Below, in pieces: positions 1 to 6,264 of a DNA stretch of 7,046 nucleotides (position 1 is the first letter of the stretch; each line of letters opens with the position of its first letter). Position numbers and translations under genes: made by a program. The stretch lies in IMG/VR virus record IMGVR_UViG_2563366883_000009; one strand, given 5' to 3'. Below the pieces are notes generated by a model. That model made no database searches and was not told the origin of the DNA. It saw only the letters and a program-made list of their open reading frames with translations. The DNA comes from a virus. Lineage: Duplodnaviria > Heunggongvirae > Uroviricota > Caudoviricetes.

Positions 1-1230
1 ATGAGCAGAGCACTTAACAAACTGAGCGATACACAGCTGAGGAAAATCAACGGCACACCCGCCCAAAAAACAGCCTTTCTTAATGACGGTGGAAACCTGA
101 GCGTCAGGCATTCAACCAGCGGCCTTTTAACCTGGTATTTCACCTACAGGGCCGGAACGGGAAGGGGAGCACGACCGGAACGGATTAAGCTGGGAAATTA
201 TCCTGATCTGAGTCTGAAAGCTGCCAGGGAAAAAGCGGCACAGTGTCGCGCTTGGCTTGCTGAGGGGAAAAATCCACGTCATGAGATGAATTACACCGTA
301 CAGAAAGCGTTAAAGCCCGTAACGGTTGGCGATGCGCTTACCTACTGGCTTGAGTCTTACGTAAAGGAAAACCGCGTGGATTATGCCGCCCTGAAAAAGC
401 GCCTTAATAATCACGTAATACAGCACATTGGTGCTATGCCGCTGGATAAATGCGAGCTACGGCACTGGCTGGCCTGTTTTGACCAGGTGGCAAAGCGAAC
501 GCCTGTTACTGCCGGATTCTTGCTACAGACGTGCAAACAGGCGCTTAAGTTCTGCCGGAGGCGGCGCTATGCAATCAGCAACGTTCTTGATGATATGAGT
601 GTGGCGGACGTTGGGAAAAAACCGGATATAAGCGAGCGTGTCTTAAGCACCAAAGAACTTGGCGAATTATTGCAGGCACTGGACAAAAAAATATTTTCCC
701 CTTACTACGTCGCACTAATCCGCCTCCTGATTGTTTTTGGATGCCGGACGGTAGAACTGAGGTTATCGGAGATCAGCGAGTGGGATTTTACCGAAATGCT
801 CTGGACCGTGCCGAAAGAACACAGCAAAACGAAGGTGGCAATATTCCGGCCCATACCGGAAGCAATACTGCCGTTCGTCACGCAGCTGGTGGAGCAGAAC
901 AGGCACACGGGCTTATTGCTGGGGGAAGTGAAACAGGAAACAAGCGTGTCGCAGTACGGCAGATTAGCGCACAGGAGGCTAAAACACCCTCACTGGTCAC
1001 TGCATGACATCCGGCGCACCTTTACAACGATGCTGAACGATTTAGGCGTGGATCCTCACGTCGTGGAGCAGCTTACAGGTCATCAGATGCCAGGGATGCA
1101 ACGAGTCTATAACCATTCCCGTTATCTGGATGCGAAACGTGACGCGCTGGATATGTGGACGGAGCGGTTAGGGATACTGGCGGGAACACATGAAAACGTA
1201 ACCACATTGCCAATAGCCAGAGAAATATAA
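1..1230 (+). CDS. int: Tyrosine-type site-specific recombinase, P4/CP4-57-like integrase (409 aa)
   Basis: Complete ORF starting at window position 1. N-terminus (KLSDTQLRK...GGNLSVRHSTSGLLTWYFTYR) resembles the arm-binding domain of P4-type integrases. C-terminal catalytic signature is present: GCRTVELRLSEI (Arg I), HWSLHDIRRTF (His-x-x-Arg), LTGHQMPGMQRVYNHSRY (catalytic Tyr region). Upstream RBS cannot be seen because the gene begins at base 1. Confidence 0.95.
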   Translation: MSRALNKLSDTQLRKINGTPAQKTAFLNDGGNLSVRHSTSGLLTWYFTYRAGTGRGARPERIKLGNYPDLSLKAAREKAAQCRAWLAEGKNPRHEMNYTVQKALKPVTVGDALTYWLESYVKENRVDYAALKKRLNNHVIQHIGAMPLDKCELRHWLACFDQVAKRTPVTAGFLLQTCKQALKFCRRRRYAISNVLDDMSVADVGKKPDISERVLSTKELGELLQALDKKIFSPYYVALIRLLIVFGCRTVELRLSEISEWDFTEMLWTVPKEHSKTKVAIFRPIPEAILPFVTQLVEQNRHTGLLLGEVKQETSVSQYGRLAHRRLKHPHWSLHDIRRTFTTMLNDLGVDPHVVEQLTGHQMPGMQRVYNHSRYLDAKRDALDMWTERLGILAGTHENVTTLPIAREI

Positions 1231-1257
1231 TTTTTTTTGCGATTTTTCAGGATGCGG

Positions 1258-1313
1258 ACAACGTGAAACAACGAGACACAACGACGAACAACAAGGAACA
1301 AAATGGAACAACG
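1258..1313. repeat. Six helically phased 10-bp direct repeats of ACAAC(G) type (ACAACG at 1258, 1268, 1278, 1308; ACAACA at 1288; ACAAAA at 1298)
   Basis: Read directly from sequence: ggACAACGtgaaACAACGagacACAACGacgaACAACAaggaACAAAAtggaACAACGgg, exact 10-bp period, ACA-rich, immediately 3' of the int stop codon. Confidence 0.6.
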
Positions 1314-1406
1314 GGTTAAAAATCAGCCATCGTAATAACCATTTGATTTTTATAGGTGTACTGTTTTTTTATACACTGGCGAATCACTCTTAAAAATATG
1401 TAAAAA

Positions 1407-1444
1407 AGGCGTAAAAGTAAAATTTTATGCCTTTGCATCATAAT
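1407..1444 (+). promoter_or_regulatory. Imperfect palindrome AGGCGTAAAA-n6-TTTTATGCCT (9 of 10 matched) followed by TTGCAT and a CATAAT -10-like hexamer; candidate operator/promoter upstream of alpA
   Basis: Inverted repeat arms at 1407-1416 and 1423-1432; CATAAT at 1439-1444. No convincing -35 at canonical spacing was found, so the promoter assignment is tentative. Confidence 0.25.
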
Positions 1445-1512
1445 GAATTAAAAGAGTTTTTATTCTCATTCCCCCTGCTTCTGTAAAACGACCGCCGCCA
1501 GTGTTTGCCATT

Positions 1513-1565
1513 CCACAAACACCCTGACACAATCCGACACAACCCAACCCAATAATCCACCCAAT
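1513..1565. repeat. CA-rich, almost G/T-free tract with tandem 10-bp units (GACACAATCC, GACACAACCC, AACCCAATAA, TCCACCCAAT)
   Basis: Strong strand compositional asymmetry read directly from sequence, about 30 bp upstream of the alpA start; candidate 5' leader or protein-binding array. Confidence 0.5.
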
Positions 1566-1595
1566 GACTCTTTAAGAAACAACAAAGGGGGAATT

Positions 1596-1784
1596 GTGTT
1601 AAGCACAGATCGCTTTATACGTGAAAAAGAATGTCAGCAACTTACAGGCCTGAGCCGCTCATGTCGGTACCGCCTGGAAAAAGCCGGACAATTCCCATCA
1701 CGGCGTAAGCTGGGCGGTCGTTCCGTTGGCTGGTCTTTATCCGAAGTTCTGGCATGGAAGGACAGCTGCGAGGCAGTTCACTAA
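1596..1784 (+). CDS. alpA: AlpA-family phage regulatory protein (small HTH transcriptional regulator/excisionase-like, 62 aa)
   Basis: GTG start at 1596 preceded by GGGGG (1587-1591). Protein carries the AlpA-family signature LTGLSRS..YRL.KAG.FP...KLGGRSVGW...EV.AW. Position directly after int is typical for this family. Confidence 0.88.
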   Translation: MLSTDRFIREKECQQLTGLSRSCRYRLEKAGQFPSRRKLGGRSVGWSLSEVLAWKDSCEAVH

Positions 1785-1790
1785 TCAGGC

Positions 1791-1809
1791 TGGCGGCACA
1801 CAGCCGCCA
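1791..1809 (+). other. Stem-loop (TGGCGGC-acaca-GCCGCCA) just after the alpA stop, without a U-tract
   Basis: Perfect 7-bp GC-rich inverted repeat with 5-nt loop; the following sequence is not T-rich, so it is not a canonical intrinsic terminator. Possible RNA structure or partial attenuator. Confidence 0.3.
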
Positions 1810-1836
1810 CCCATCCACTAATACAGAGATCTAACC

Positions 1837-3114
1837 ATGAATACTGGATATTCTCCCGAACAAGGGCGGGGCTTCGTTCGTCCTGAAAAACAGAATCTGC
1901 AAAATTTTGCCGAAATTATTCCGGTTATTTCCGGCCTTACTGGCGGGAGTGAAACCAATATTGTTAACGCCAGAGCGTTGCAGATGTTTGATGATAAAAA
2001 GGGAGTAAATTTAACTTACACCCCTGACGGCAATCAGAATATGAGCATTATCTCTGAGTCAGGTTTCTACAAACTAATAAAAACAAAAAGCGCCCCGTTG
2101 CCGGAGCGCCTTTGTGAACAATTAACCTACTGCGCAAAAAATGAATCTGAGCAGTGGGATTATATCAACCATGTGGAGAAGCGCCACAATTGCCGAATAA
2201 CGGGCAAAACAAAGGCCACCCGCTACGGTGGCCCCTCGACACAAGCTACACGTTATCCCCAACGCATGAGCATTGCCAACAATGCCACATTTGCGGCTGG
2301 TGGGCAATGCAATCAGTCTGGTTCAGTTCGTTGCCATACCTGCAATGAGCGCTTTTCCCTGTACTCTTTAAGGAATTGCTCAAGGGCAAAAGCACATGGC
2401 GCGAATCTTTCTGATTCATGCTCTATCTTTCTGCGCCGTCTTTTCCGTGCCGGTGATAATGTTTTGGTCAATTCTTTATCGGTCATTGTGTTGTCCTGCA
2501 TAGCAATGCGCCGTAGTTACTCACACCACGGCGCTGGTGATGGTTACTCCTGCTCTTTGGCCTTGCGACGCTGGCGGCGTTTGATCTCACCTTTAACGGC
2601 AGTAACTATAAATTGCGCCTTGCTTTCACCTTCATCTAAATTTTTTTCTAAGTCTGCAACAACATCATGCGGGAATCTGGCATTTAACTGTTGCGACTTA
2701 TTATTTGTTGAACCTGTTGCCATTACTGAATCCTCTCTAAGTTGGTGCGATTCAGTATACACAAAAAAAATTTCAGAGAAAGACTTGAAGTGCGATTCAC
2801 TTACTGATAGGTTAAAAACGAATGGTGCGATGCACCAAACAACAACGCCCCGCAGTGGTGGCACACATGCAGGGCGTCTAACCACCAACGATAGCGAAAG
2901 TATCGAGGTAGCTATGAGAAATCATACCATACACCCGCAAGGGCGGGACTCGCACAACCTGAATAAATACATCTGGCGTTTTATCGCCCTGAGCACGGCA
3001 CAACCGCGCGTGATTACCATTGAGGCCACCAGCGAACAGGAAGCACGCCAGCAATCTCCGGCTGGCTGCGTGATGGTATTTGCTGCCCGTATTCGTCAGG
3101 GGGTAGGCTTATGA
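1837..3114 (+). CDS. Longest open frame (425 aa); probably not one genuine gene. The 5' ~380 nt looks coding-like (weak Bro-N/antirepressor-like stretch NMSIISESGFYKLIKTKSAPL), the middle is antisense to a better-supported minus-strand gene, and the 3' 200 nt is probably the separate small gene 2914-3114
   Basis: No in-frame stop from 1837 to 3114 and no Shine-Dalgarno before the 1837 ATG. First-codon-position composition is purine-rich (coding-like) in 1837-2220 but T-rich (about 44 percent T by hand count) in 2521-2760. The translated middle section is Cys/Ser-rich. Confidence 0.3.
   Translation: MNTGYSPEQGRGFVRPEKQNLQNFAEIIPVISGLTGGSETNIVNARALQMFDDKKGVNLTYTPDGNQNMSIISESGFYKLIKTKSAPLPERLCEQLTYCAKNESEQWDYINHVEKRHNCRITGKTKATRYGGPSTQATRYPQRMSIANNATFAAGGQCNQSGSVRCHTCNERFSLYSLRNCSRAKAHGANLSDSCSIFLRRLFRAGDNVLVNSLSVIVLSCIAMRRSYSHHGAGDGYSCSLALRRWRRLISPLTAVTINCALLSPSSKFFSKSATTSCGNLAFNCCDLLFVEPVAITESSLSWCDSVYTKKISEKDLKCDSLTDRLKTNGAMHQTTTPRSGGTHAGRLTTNDSESIEVAMRNHTIHPQGRDSHNLNKYIWRFIALSTAQPRVITIEATSEQEARQQSPAGCVMVFAARIRQGVGL
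2201..2233 (-). terminator. Candidate rho-independent terminator for the minus-strand module
   Basis: Perfect hairpin GGCCACC-cgctac-GGTGGCC (2214-2233), followed on the minus strand by TTTGTTTTG (complement of plus 2205-2213); lies about 80 nt past the stop of the minus-strand ORF ending at 2313. Confidence 0.45.
2313..2486 (-). CDS. Hypothetical small basic protein (57 aa, MTDKELTKTLSPARKRRRRK...), possible second gene of the minus-strand operon
   Basis: ATG at 2486 preceded by AGGA with 5-nt spacing; the ORF track starts 5 codons earlier at 2501 without an SD. Codon statistics are equivocal and there are several rare Arg codons. Confidence 0.3.
   Translation of the reverse strand: MTDKELTKTLSPARKRRRRKIEHESERFAPCAFALEQFLKEYREKRSLQVWQRTEPD
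2544..2723 (-). CDS. Arc/Mnt-like ribbon-helix-helix DNA-binding protein (59 aa); putative repressor
   Basis: Internal ATG at 2723 of the 2544-2888 minus ORF, preceded by GAGAGGA about 8 nt upstream. Protein LNARFPHDVVADLEKNLDEGESKAQFIVTAVKGEI aligns by eye with the P22 Arc pattern FNLRWPREVLDLVRKVAEENGRSVNSEIYQRV (beta-strand, helix A, G-x-S turn, helix B). First-codon-position composition is G>A>C>T, as in real genes, by hand count. Confidence 0.7.
   Translation of the reverse strand: MATGSTNNKSQQLNARFPHDVVADLEKNLDEGESKAQFIVTAVKGEIKRRQRRKAKEQE
2724..2913. promoter_or_regulatory. Divergent AT-rich control region with three direct repeats GTGCGAT(T/G)CA (2745-2754, 2790-2799, 2825-2834) and a TATACT -10-like element for the minus-strand gene (plus coordinates 2754-2759)
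   Basis: Repeats read directly; copy 1 overlaps the candidate -10/start region of the RHH gene. An inverted pair TGAATC (2727-2732) / GATTCA (2749-2754) flanks the RHH RBS. The -35 assignments are weak. Confidence 0.5.
2914..3114 (+). CDS. Hypothetical small protein (66 aa); likely first gene of the plus-strand operon (alternative model to the 425-aa ORF)
   Basis: ATG at 2914 preceded by GAGGT (2905-2909); coding-like first-position composition (T about 12 percent) and high GC3; stop overlaps the next start in ATGA at 3111-3114. Confidence 0.5.
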   Translation: MRNHTIHPQGRDSHNLNKYIWRFIALSTAQPRVITIEATSEQEARQQSPAGCVMVFAARIRQGVGL

Positions 3115-3341
3115 GCCAGGAAATCACACTACAACAGGCAGCAGAACGCGCCCACCAAATCGAAGTTATTTGCGCACTGGCAGAGGATTACCCTGGCATG
3201 ATGACCGACAGCGAATCAGGGGCAATCATCGGCTTACTTAAACGCCTTAGCGGTGAGGTCTGCGTATTCCTGAGCGATGAACAGGAAAGAAGAACGCTTA
3301 TTTCTAACGAAAAAAAATGCGGAGGGGTACATGTGCAATAA
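3111..3341 (+). CDS. Hypothetical small protein (76 aa)
   Basis: ATG at 3111 overlapping the upstream stop (ATGA); GGGGGTAGG RBS at 3096-3104; protein-like composition. Confidence 0.6.
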   Translation: MSQEITLQQAAERAHQIEVICALAEDYPGMMTDSESGAIIGLLKRLSGEVCVFLSDEQERRTLISNEKKCGGVHVQ

Positions 3342-3555
3342 AACCACACCGGACGCAGCCGCCGCCGCGCTCACTACGCTGATGCACGCGCTTATTGATA
3401 TTTCTGTTATTGCTGACAGGGCGCATAAACACGCAGCCAGAGAATCAGAATGCATCTTCCATTATTTAACATTTGTGCAGCTAAAAGCCGATCAGGCACT
3501 GGATAAGGCCGGAAAAATTATCATGGCTGATGTGCAGGAGGTGCACCATGCATAA
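3331..3555 (+). CDS. Hypothetical small protein (74 aa from the internal start; the ORF track gives 3277)
   Basis: ATG at 3331 has a GGAGGGG RBS (3321-3327) and only an 11-nt overlap with the upstream gene; the 3277 ATG lacks a good SD and would overlap by 65 nt. Confidence 0.5.
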   Translation: MCNKTTPDAAAAALTTLMHALIDISVIADRAHKHAARESECIFHYLTFVQLKADQALDKAGKIIMADVQEVHHA

Positions 3556-3913
3556 CCTGTCAATTTCTGACCTTAACAGCATTCAGTTTGACGAGAAATT
3601 TACCGGGCAGTTGCTGGTCAATGTGGAGAACGGGCGCATAGTGCGTAATTATCACCTGCCGGATGGTGCAATTGCCGGAAGCGTTGAAGCATTGCTGGAA
3701 CTGGCGGAACGTGCGCGACTGATTAAGCCGTCAACGAGCCATCACGATGATGATCTGCATTTTACCGGATGTATGGTGAGTCACTACGAAAACGGCGTCG
3801 AGGTATCCTGCGAACGGCTGCGTGATGATTGCTGTTTCGGCACACTGCCGGAATTTATCGAGTTGCTGACCAGTTGCGGTTATCAGGTCATTCAGGGGGG
3901 TAAACATGCGTGA
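3548..3913 (+). CDS. Hypothetical protein (121 aa from the internal start; the ORF track gives 3530)
   Basis: ATG at 3548 preceded by a perfect AGGAGG (3536-3541) with 6-nt spacing; overlaps the upstream stop by 8 nt. Confidence 0.65.
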   Translation: MHNLSISDLNSIQFDEKFTGQLLVNVENGRIVRNYHLPDGAIAGSVEALLELAERARLIKPSTSHHDDDLHFTGCMVSHYENGVEVSCERLRDDCCFGTLPEFIELLTSCGYQVIQGGKHA

Positions 3914-4127
3914 TGATCGTTTTAATTCCCTGAAACAGGAATTTTCCGGCGTTCCTGATGATGCGGCTGATGCGCTTTCGTCAATGCCAGAGCTTATTAG
4001 AGCGGATTTTTTCTTACTTTCCACGAGAGAATATAAATCAACGGGGCTTGATGTACTGAATATCGTCGCCGATTATGCTGATTTCGTGACAGAGGTTATT
4101 TTAAGAAAAACGACGGACGGGGATTAA
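3906..4127 (+). CDS. Hypothetical small acidic protein (73 aa)
   Basis: ATG at 3906 with GGGGGG RBS (3895-3900); overlaps the upstream stop in ATGCGTGA. Confidence 0.6.
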   Translation: MRDDRFNSLKQEFSGVPDDAADALSSMPELIRADFFLLSTREYKSTGLDVLNIVADYADFVTEVILRKTTDGD

Positions 4128-4128
4128 T

Positions 4129-4362
4129 ATGCGTGATATTTACCTTGAAACAATAGACCGCGCATTTCTTGCACTTTCTCACAGTGAAAGCATGATGGAA
4201 ATATTACGCATATGGCTTGAAACACTTGGCGACAATGAACGCAACAAACAAAAATCAAGAATTGCCACGGCATTAATAACGCTTCTTGAGCCTGTAATAA
4301 TGGAACTGCAAGAAATAGATCTATTGCACGATATATATAAAGAACAGCACACCGGAGAATAA
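4129..4362 (+). CDS. Hypothetical small protein (77 aa)
   Basis: ATG at 4129 one base after the upstream TAA; GGGGA RBS at 4119-4123. Confidence 0.6.
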   Translation: MRDIYLETIDRAFLALSHSESMMEILRIWLETLGDNERNKQKSRIATALITLLEPVIMELQEIDLLHDIYKEQHTGE

Positions 4363-4367
4363 AAATA

Positions 4368-4667
4368 ATGAAACTTAAATATTCTGGCTTAACTGCCAGT
4401 GGCAACACTCACCCTAAATTTACGCGCGGTGATATTTACCGCGACCAGTACGGCGGCACGGTAATGATTAAGGGCGTGGAAGAACGGCGCGTAACCTACC
4501 GCCGTGAAGGTTACGAATATGATTGCGTGATGCCTGTTTATCAGTTCCGGCGTGATTTTTCTCTGGTACAGACCGCGCCGCATAACGTGCCCACCAGCAA
4601 CGCCAGGGCACGGGCAAACATCCAGAAGCTGAAAACCATGATTAACGGATTCAGGGGCAAGAAATGA
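4368..4667 (+). CDS. Hypothetical protein (99 aa)
   Basis: ATG at 4368 with GGAG (4354-4357); stop overlaps the helicase start in ATGA at 4664-4667. Confidence 0.6.
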   Translation: MKLKYSGLTASGNTHPKFTRGDIYRDQYGGTVMIKGVEERRVTYRREGYEYDCVMPVYQFRRDFSLVQTAPHNVPTSNARARANIQKLKTMINGFRGKK

Positions 4668-6064
4668 AAAGCGCACCGAACTTAAAAAAACAGCCTTACG
4701 ACAAGATGACCGAAGTCATTATTTTTGCGGGTAGTGATGCCTGGGCACATGCGAAACAGTGGCAGGAACAGGACGGGCGACTGGCTGGCGATAATGTGCC
4801 TCCCGTTGTGCTGGCTGATGATCAACTGGATGAACTGGCAGACCTGAGAATCATCGACGAGGGGCGCTATTGTGTCCGGCTGTACAAGGCAGGCCACATC
4901 AGGCCATCAAATATTAATGCCATTGCGCACAAGCTGGCGGCGGCGGGTGTAACTGATGCGAATTATTACCCCGAAGGGATGCACAGCCATATGCGGGAGA
5001 ACTGGCGCGAATACCTGGAACGGGTGCGCGGGAAAGAGCCGGCGGAAGAAAAAAACCACCAGCGAAAAACCACGCTACCGATGAGCGTTGGATCTACCGG
5101 ATACGACACGCAACTGGATTACGTGGTTAAGGGGATTATTCCGGCGGTATCGCTATGCAGCATATACGGGGCTAGCGGGTCCTATAAATCATTCCTTGCC
5201 GGATCGTGGGCGTGCCATGTTGCCACTGGTCGCCAGTGGGGAGGCCGCAGGGTTGCACATGGTGCGGTTCTCTATGTGGTTGGTGAAGGCGGTATAGGTG
5301 TTCCGCGTCGTGTAAAAGCCTGGGAGGTTGTGCACGATGAGCAGGTGAAAAATCTGTATCTGGTAAACCGCCCCATCTTTCCGGCTGCCCCGCTTGATGT
5401 TGATGAAATGGTTATCGCTGCCCGTCAGGTGGAGCGGGAAACGGGTAAACCTGTACGCATGATTATTCTGGATACGCTGGCGCGTTGCTTTGGTGGGAAT
5501 GATGAAAATGATTCCCGTGATATGGGGGCGTTTATCCGTGGTTGTGACGAACTGAAACGACGCACAGGGGCCACGGTGCTGGTGGTTCACCATTCCGGCA
5601 AGGATGAGACGAAAGGCGCGCGCGGTTCCAGTGCATTTCGTGCTTCGCTGGATGCTGAATACCGGATACGCAGGGAGGACGCAGGAAGCGAAGCGCTGGT
5701 TATCTCATGCACCAAAATGAAGGACGCGGAGGAACTCAAAGAAGCCGCATATGACTTACGCGTGGTGGAGCTTTTTACCGACGCTGACGGTGAATTAATC
5801 ACGTCGCTGGTGGTGGTGGATGATCCGCGCCCTCCTGTTGAACTGGAGCGCATCGAGGAGGCAGGGAACAAGACGGAAAACCATACCGCGCTATGGGGGT
5901 GCATCCGTTCACGCACACAGAACGGCGACAAGTGCACGATCCCGCTGTTACGTGATGACATGAAAAAGCTGGGGTATGAAATGAAAAACTTCCGGCGCTG
6001 GCTGTACAAGCTGGAAAAAGATGGGGTTATTCGTATCGATGGGGATGATGTAGCGCCGCTATAA
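4664..6064 (+). CDS. Replication protein: RepA/DnaB-like (AAA_25-type) helicase ATPase with an N-terminal toprim-like region (466 aa); satellite/PICI-type primase-helicase module
   Basis: P-loop-like IYGASGSYKSFLAGSWACHVATG, Walker B-like MIILDTLARCFGG and the VLVVHHSGKDETKGARGSSA motif typical of RepA-like helicases. The N-terminal TEVIIFAGSD...VVLADDQLDE stretch is toprim-like by eye only. Translationally coupled to the upstream gene. Confidence 0.9.
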   Translation: MKSAPNLKKQPYDKMTEVIIFAGSDAWAHAKQWQEQDGRLAGDNVPPVVLADDQLDELADLRIIDEGRYCVRLYKAGHIRPSNINAIAHKLAAAGVTDANYYPEGMHSHMRENWREYLERVRGKEPAEEKNHQRKTTLPMSVGSTGYDTQLDYVVKGIIPAVSLCSIYGASGSYKSFLAGSWACHVATGRQWGGRRVAHGAVLYVVGEGGIGVPRRVKAWEVVHDEQVKNLYLVNRPIFPAAPLDVDEMVIAARQVERETGKPVRMIILDTLARCFGGNDENDSRDMGAFIRGCDELKRRTGATVLVVHHSGKDETKGARGSSAFRASLDAEYRIRREDAGSEALVISCTKMKDAEELKEAAYDLRVVELFTDADGELITSLVVVDDPRPPVELERIEEAGNKTENHTALWGCIRSRTQNGDKCTIPLLRDDMKKLGYEMKNFRRWLYKLEKDGVIRIDGDDVAPL

Positions 6065-6255
6065 AAGTGAGGAGCAAAAGCGAGGTGGATAGAAAGAGGG
6101 CCAAAATTAGCCTGCTCTCCCTCACTTTTCTACCTGTATACATCCTCAAAAGTGAGGGGTAAAAAAATACTTATGAAACACACACATAGAAAAACCAAAA
6201 ATCCCAATTGCGACGAAGTGAGACGCTTGAAAAAGTGAGGCGAAAAAGTGAGAGG
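6063..6255. repeat. Iteron-like array of AAAAGTGAGG: perfect copies at 6063-6072, 6148-6157, 6231-6240 and inverted at 6119-6128; degenerate copies at 6077-6086, 6214-6223, 6244-6253; with an A/T-rich spacer at 6160-6205. Candidate replication origin
   Basis: Read directly from sequence, starting at the helicase stop codon. In SaPI-type elements the ori with iterons sits immediately 3' of the rep gene. Confidence 0.55.
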
Positions 6256-6264
6256 TTGCGAGAA

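Noticed and set aside
705-1007. ORFs 705-908 (-) and 741-1007 (+) inside the integrase gene
   Set aside because: Fully embedded in the well-supported int reading frame; translations are low-complexity (Ser/Cys/Gly/Ala-rich) with no RBS; typical alternative-frame or antisense artefacts.
1258-1565. CRISPR array or att arm-type sites
   Set aside because: Repeat units are only 10 bp with no unique spacers between them, so this is not a CRISPR array. They lie 3' of int whereas the att site should be upstream of the int start, outside the window, so arm-site identity is unsupported.
1791-1809. Hairpin after alpA as an intrinsic terminator
   Set aside because: GC-rich stem is present but there is no downstream U-tract, so it is reported only as a stem-loop.
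2313-2723. Type II toxin-antitoxin pair (RHH antitoxin plus downstream toxin)
   Set aside because: The downstream ORF is only 57 aa, highly charged and not hydrophobic; it matches neither typical RelE/ParE-size toxins nor Hok-like peptides. Repressor-module interpretation is preferred, but TA is not excluded.
3277-3330. Upstream start codons given by the ORF track (3277, 3530, 6208, 2501, 2888)
   Set aside because: In each case an internal ATG has a much better Shine-Dalgarno sequence and gives minimal overlap with the neighbouring gene; the 6208 TTG start would translate the iteron repeats. The upstream starts remain possible but are less parsimonious.
2122-4408. Other short alternative-frame ORFs (2122-2307 -, 2154-2348 +, 3234-3455 -, 3731-4024 -, 4124-4408 -)
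   Set aside because: Cys-rich or low-complexity translations, no SD, and each overlaps a better-supported gene or the terminator hairpin.
4389-4676. Minus-strand ORF 4389-4676
   Set aside because: Antisense to the coupled plus-strand gene 4368-4667; no RBS; composition not protein-like.
4682-6009. Minus-strand ORFs 4682-4897, 5189-5593 and 5587-6009, and plus-strand ORF 5088-5297, inside the helicase gene
   Set aside because: Antisense or alternative-frame to a gene with clear ATPase motifs; translations are Ser/Arg-rich and low-complexity.
6091-6131. Terminator after the helicase gene (AGAAAGAGGG ... CCCTCACTTTTCT)
   Set aside because: Stem is imperfect with a bulge and the pairing overlaps an inverted iteron copy; more likely part of the origin repeat structure than a dedicated terminator.
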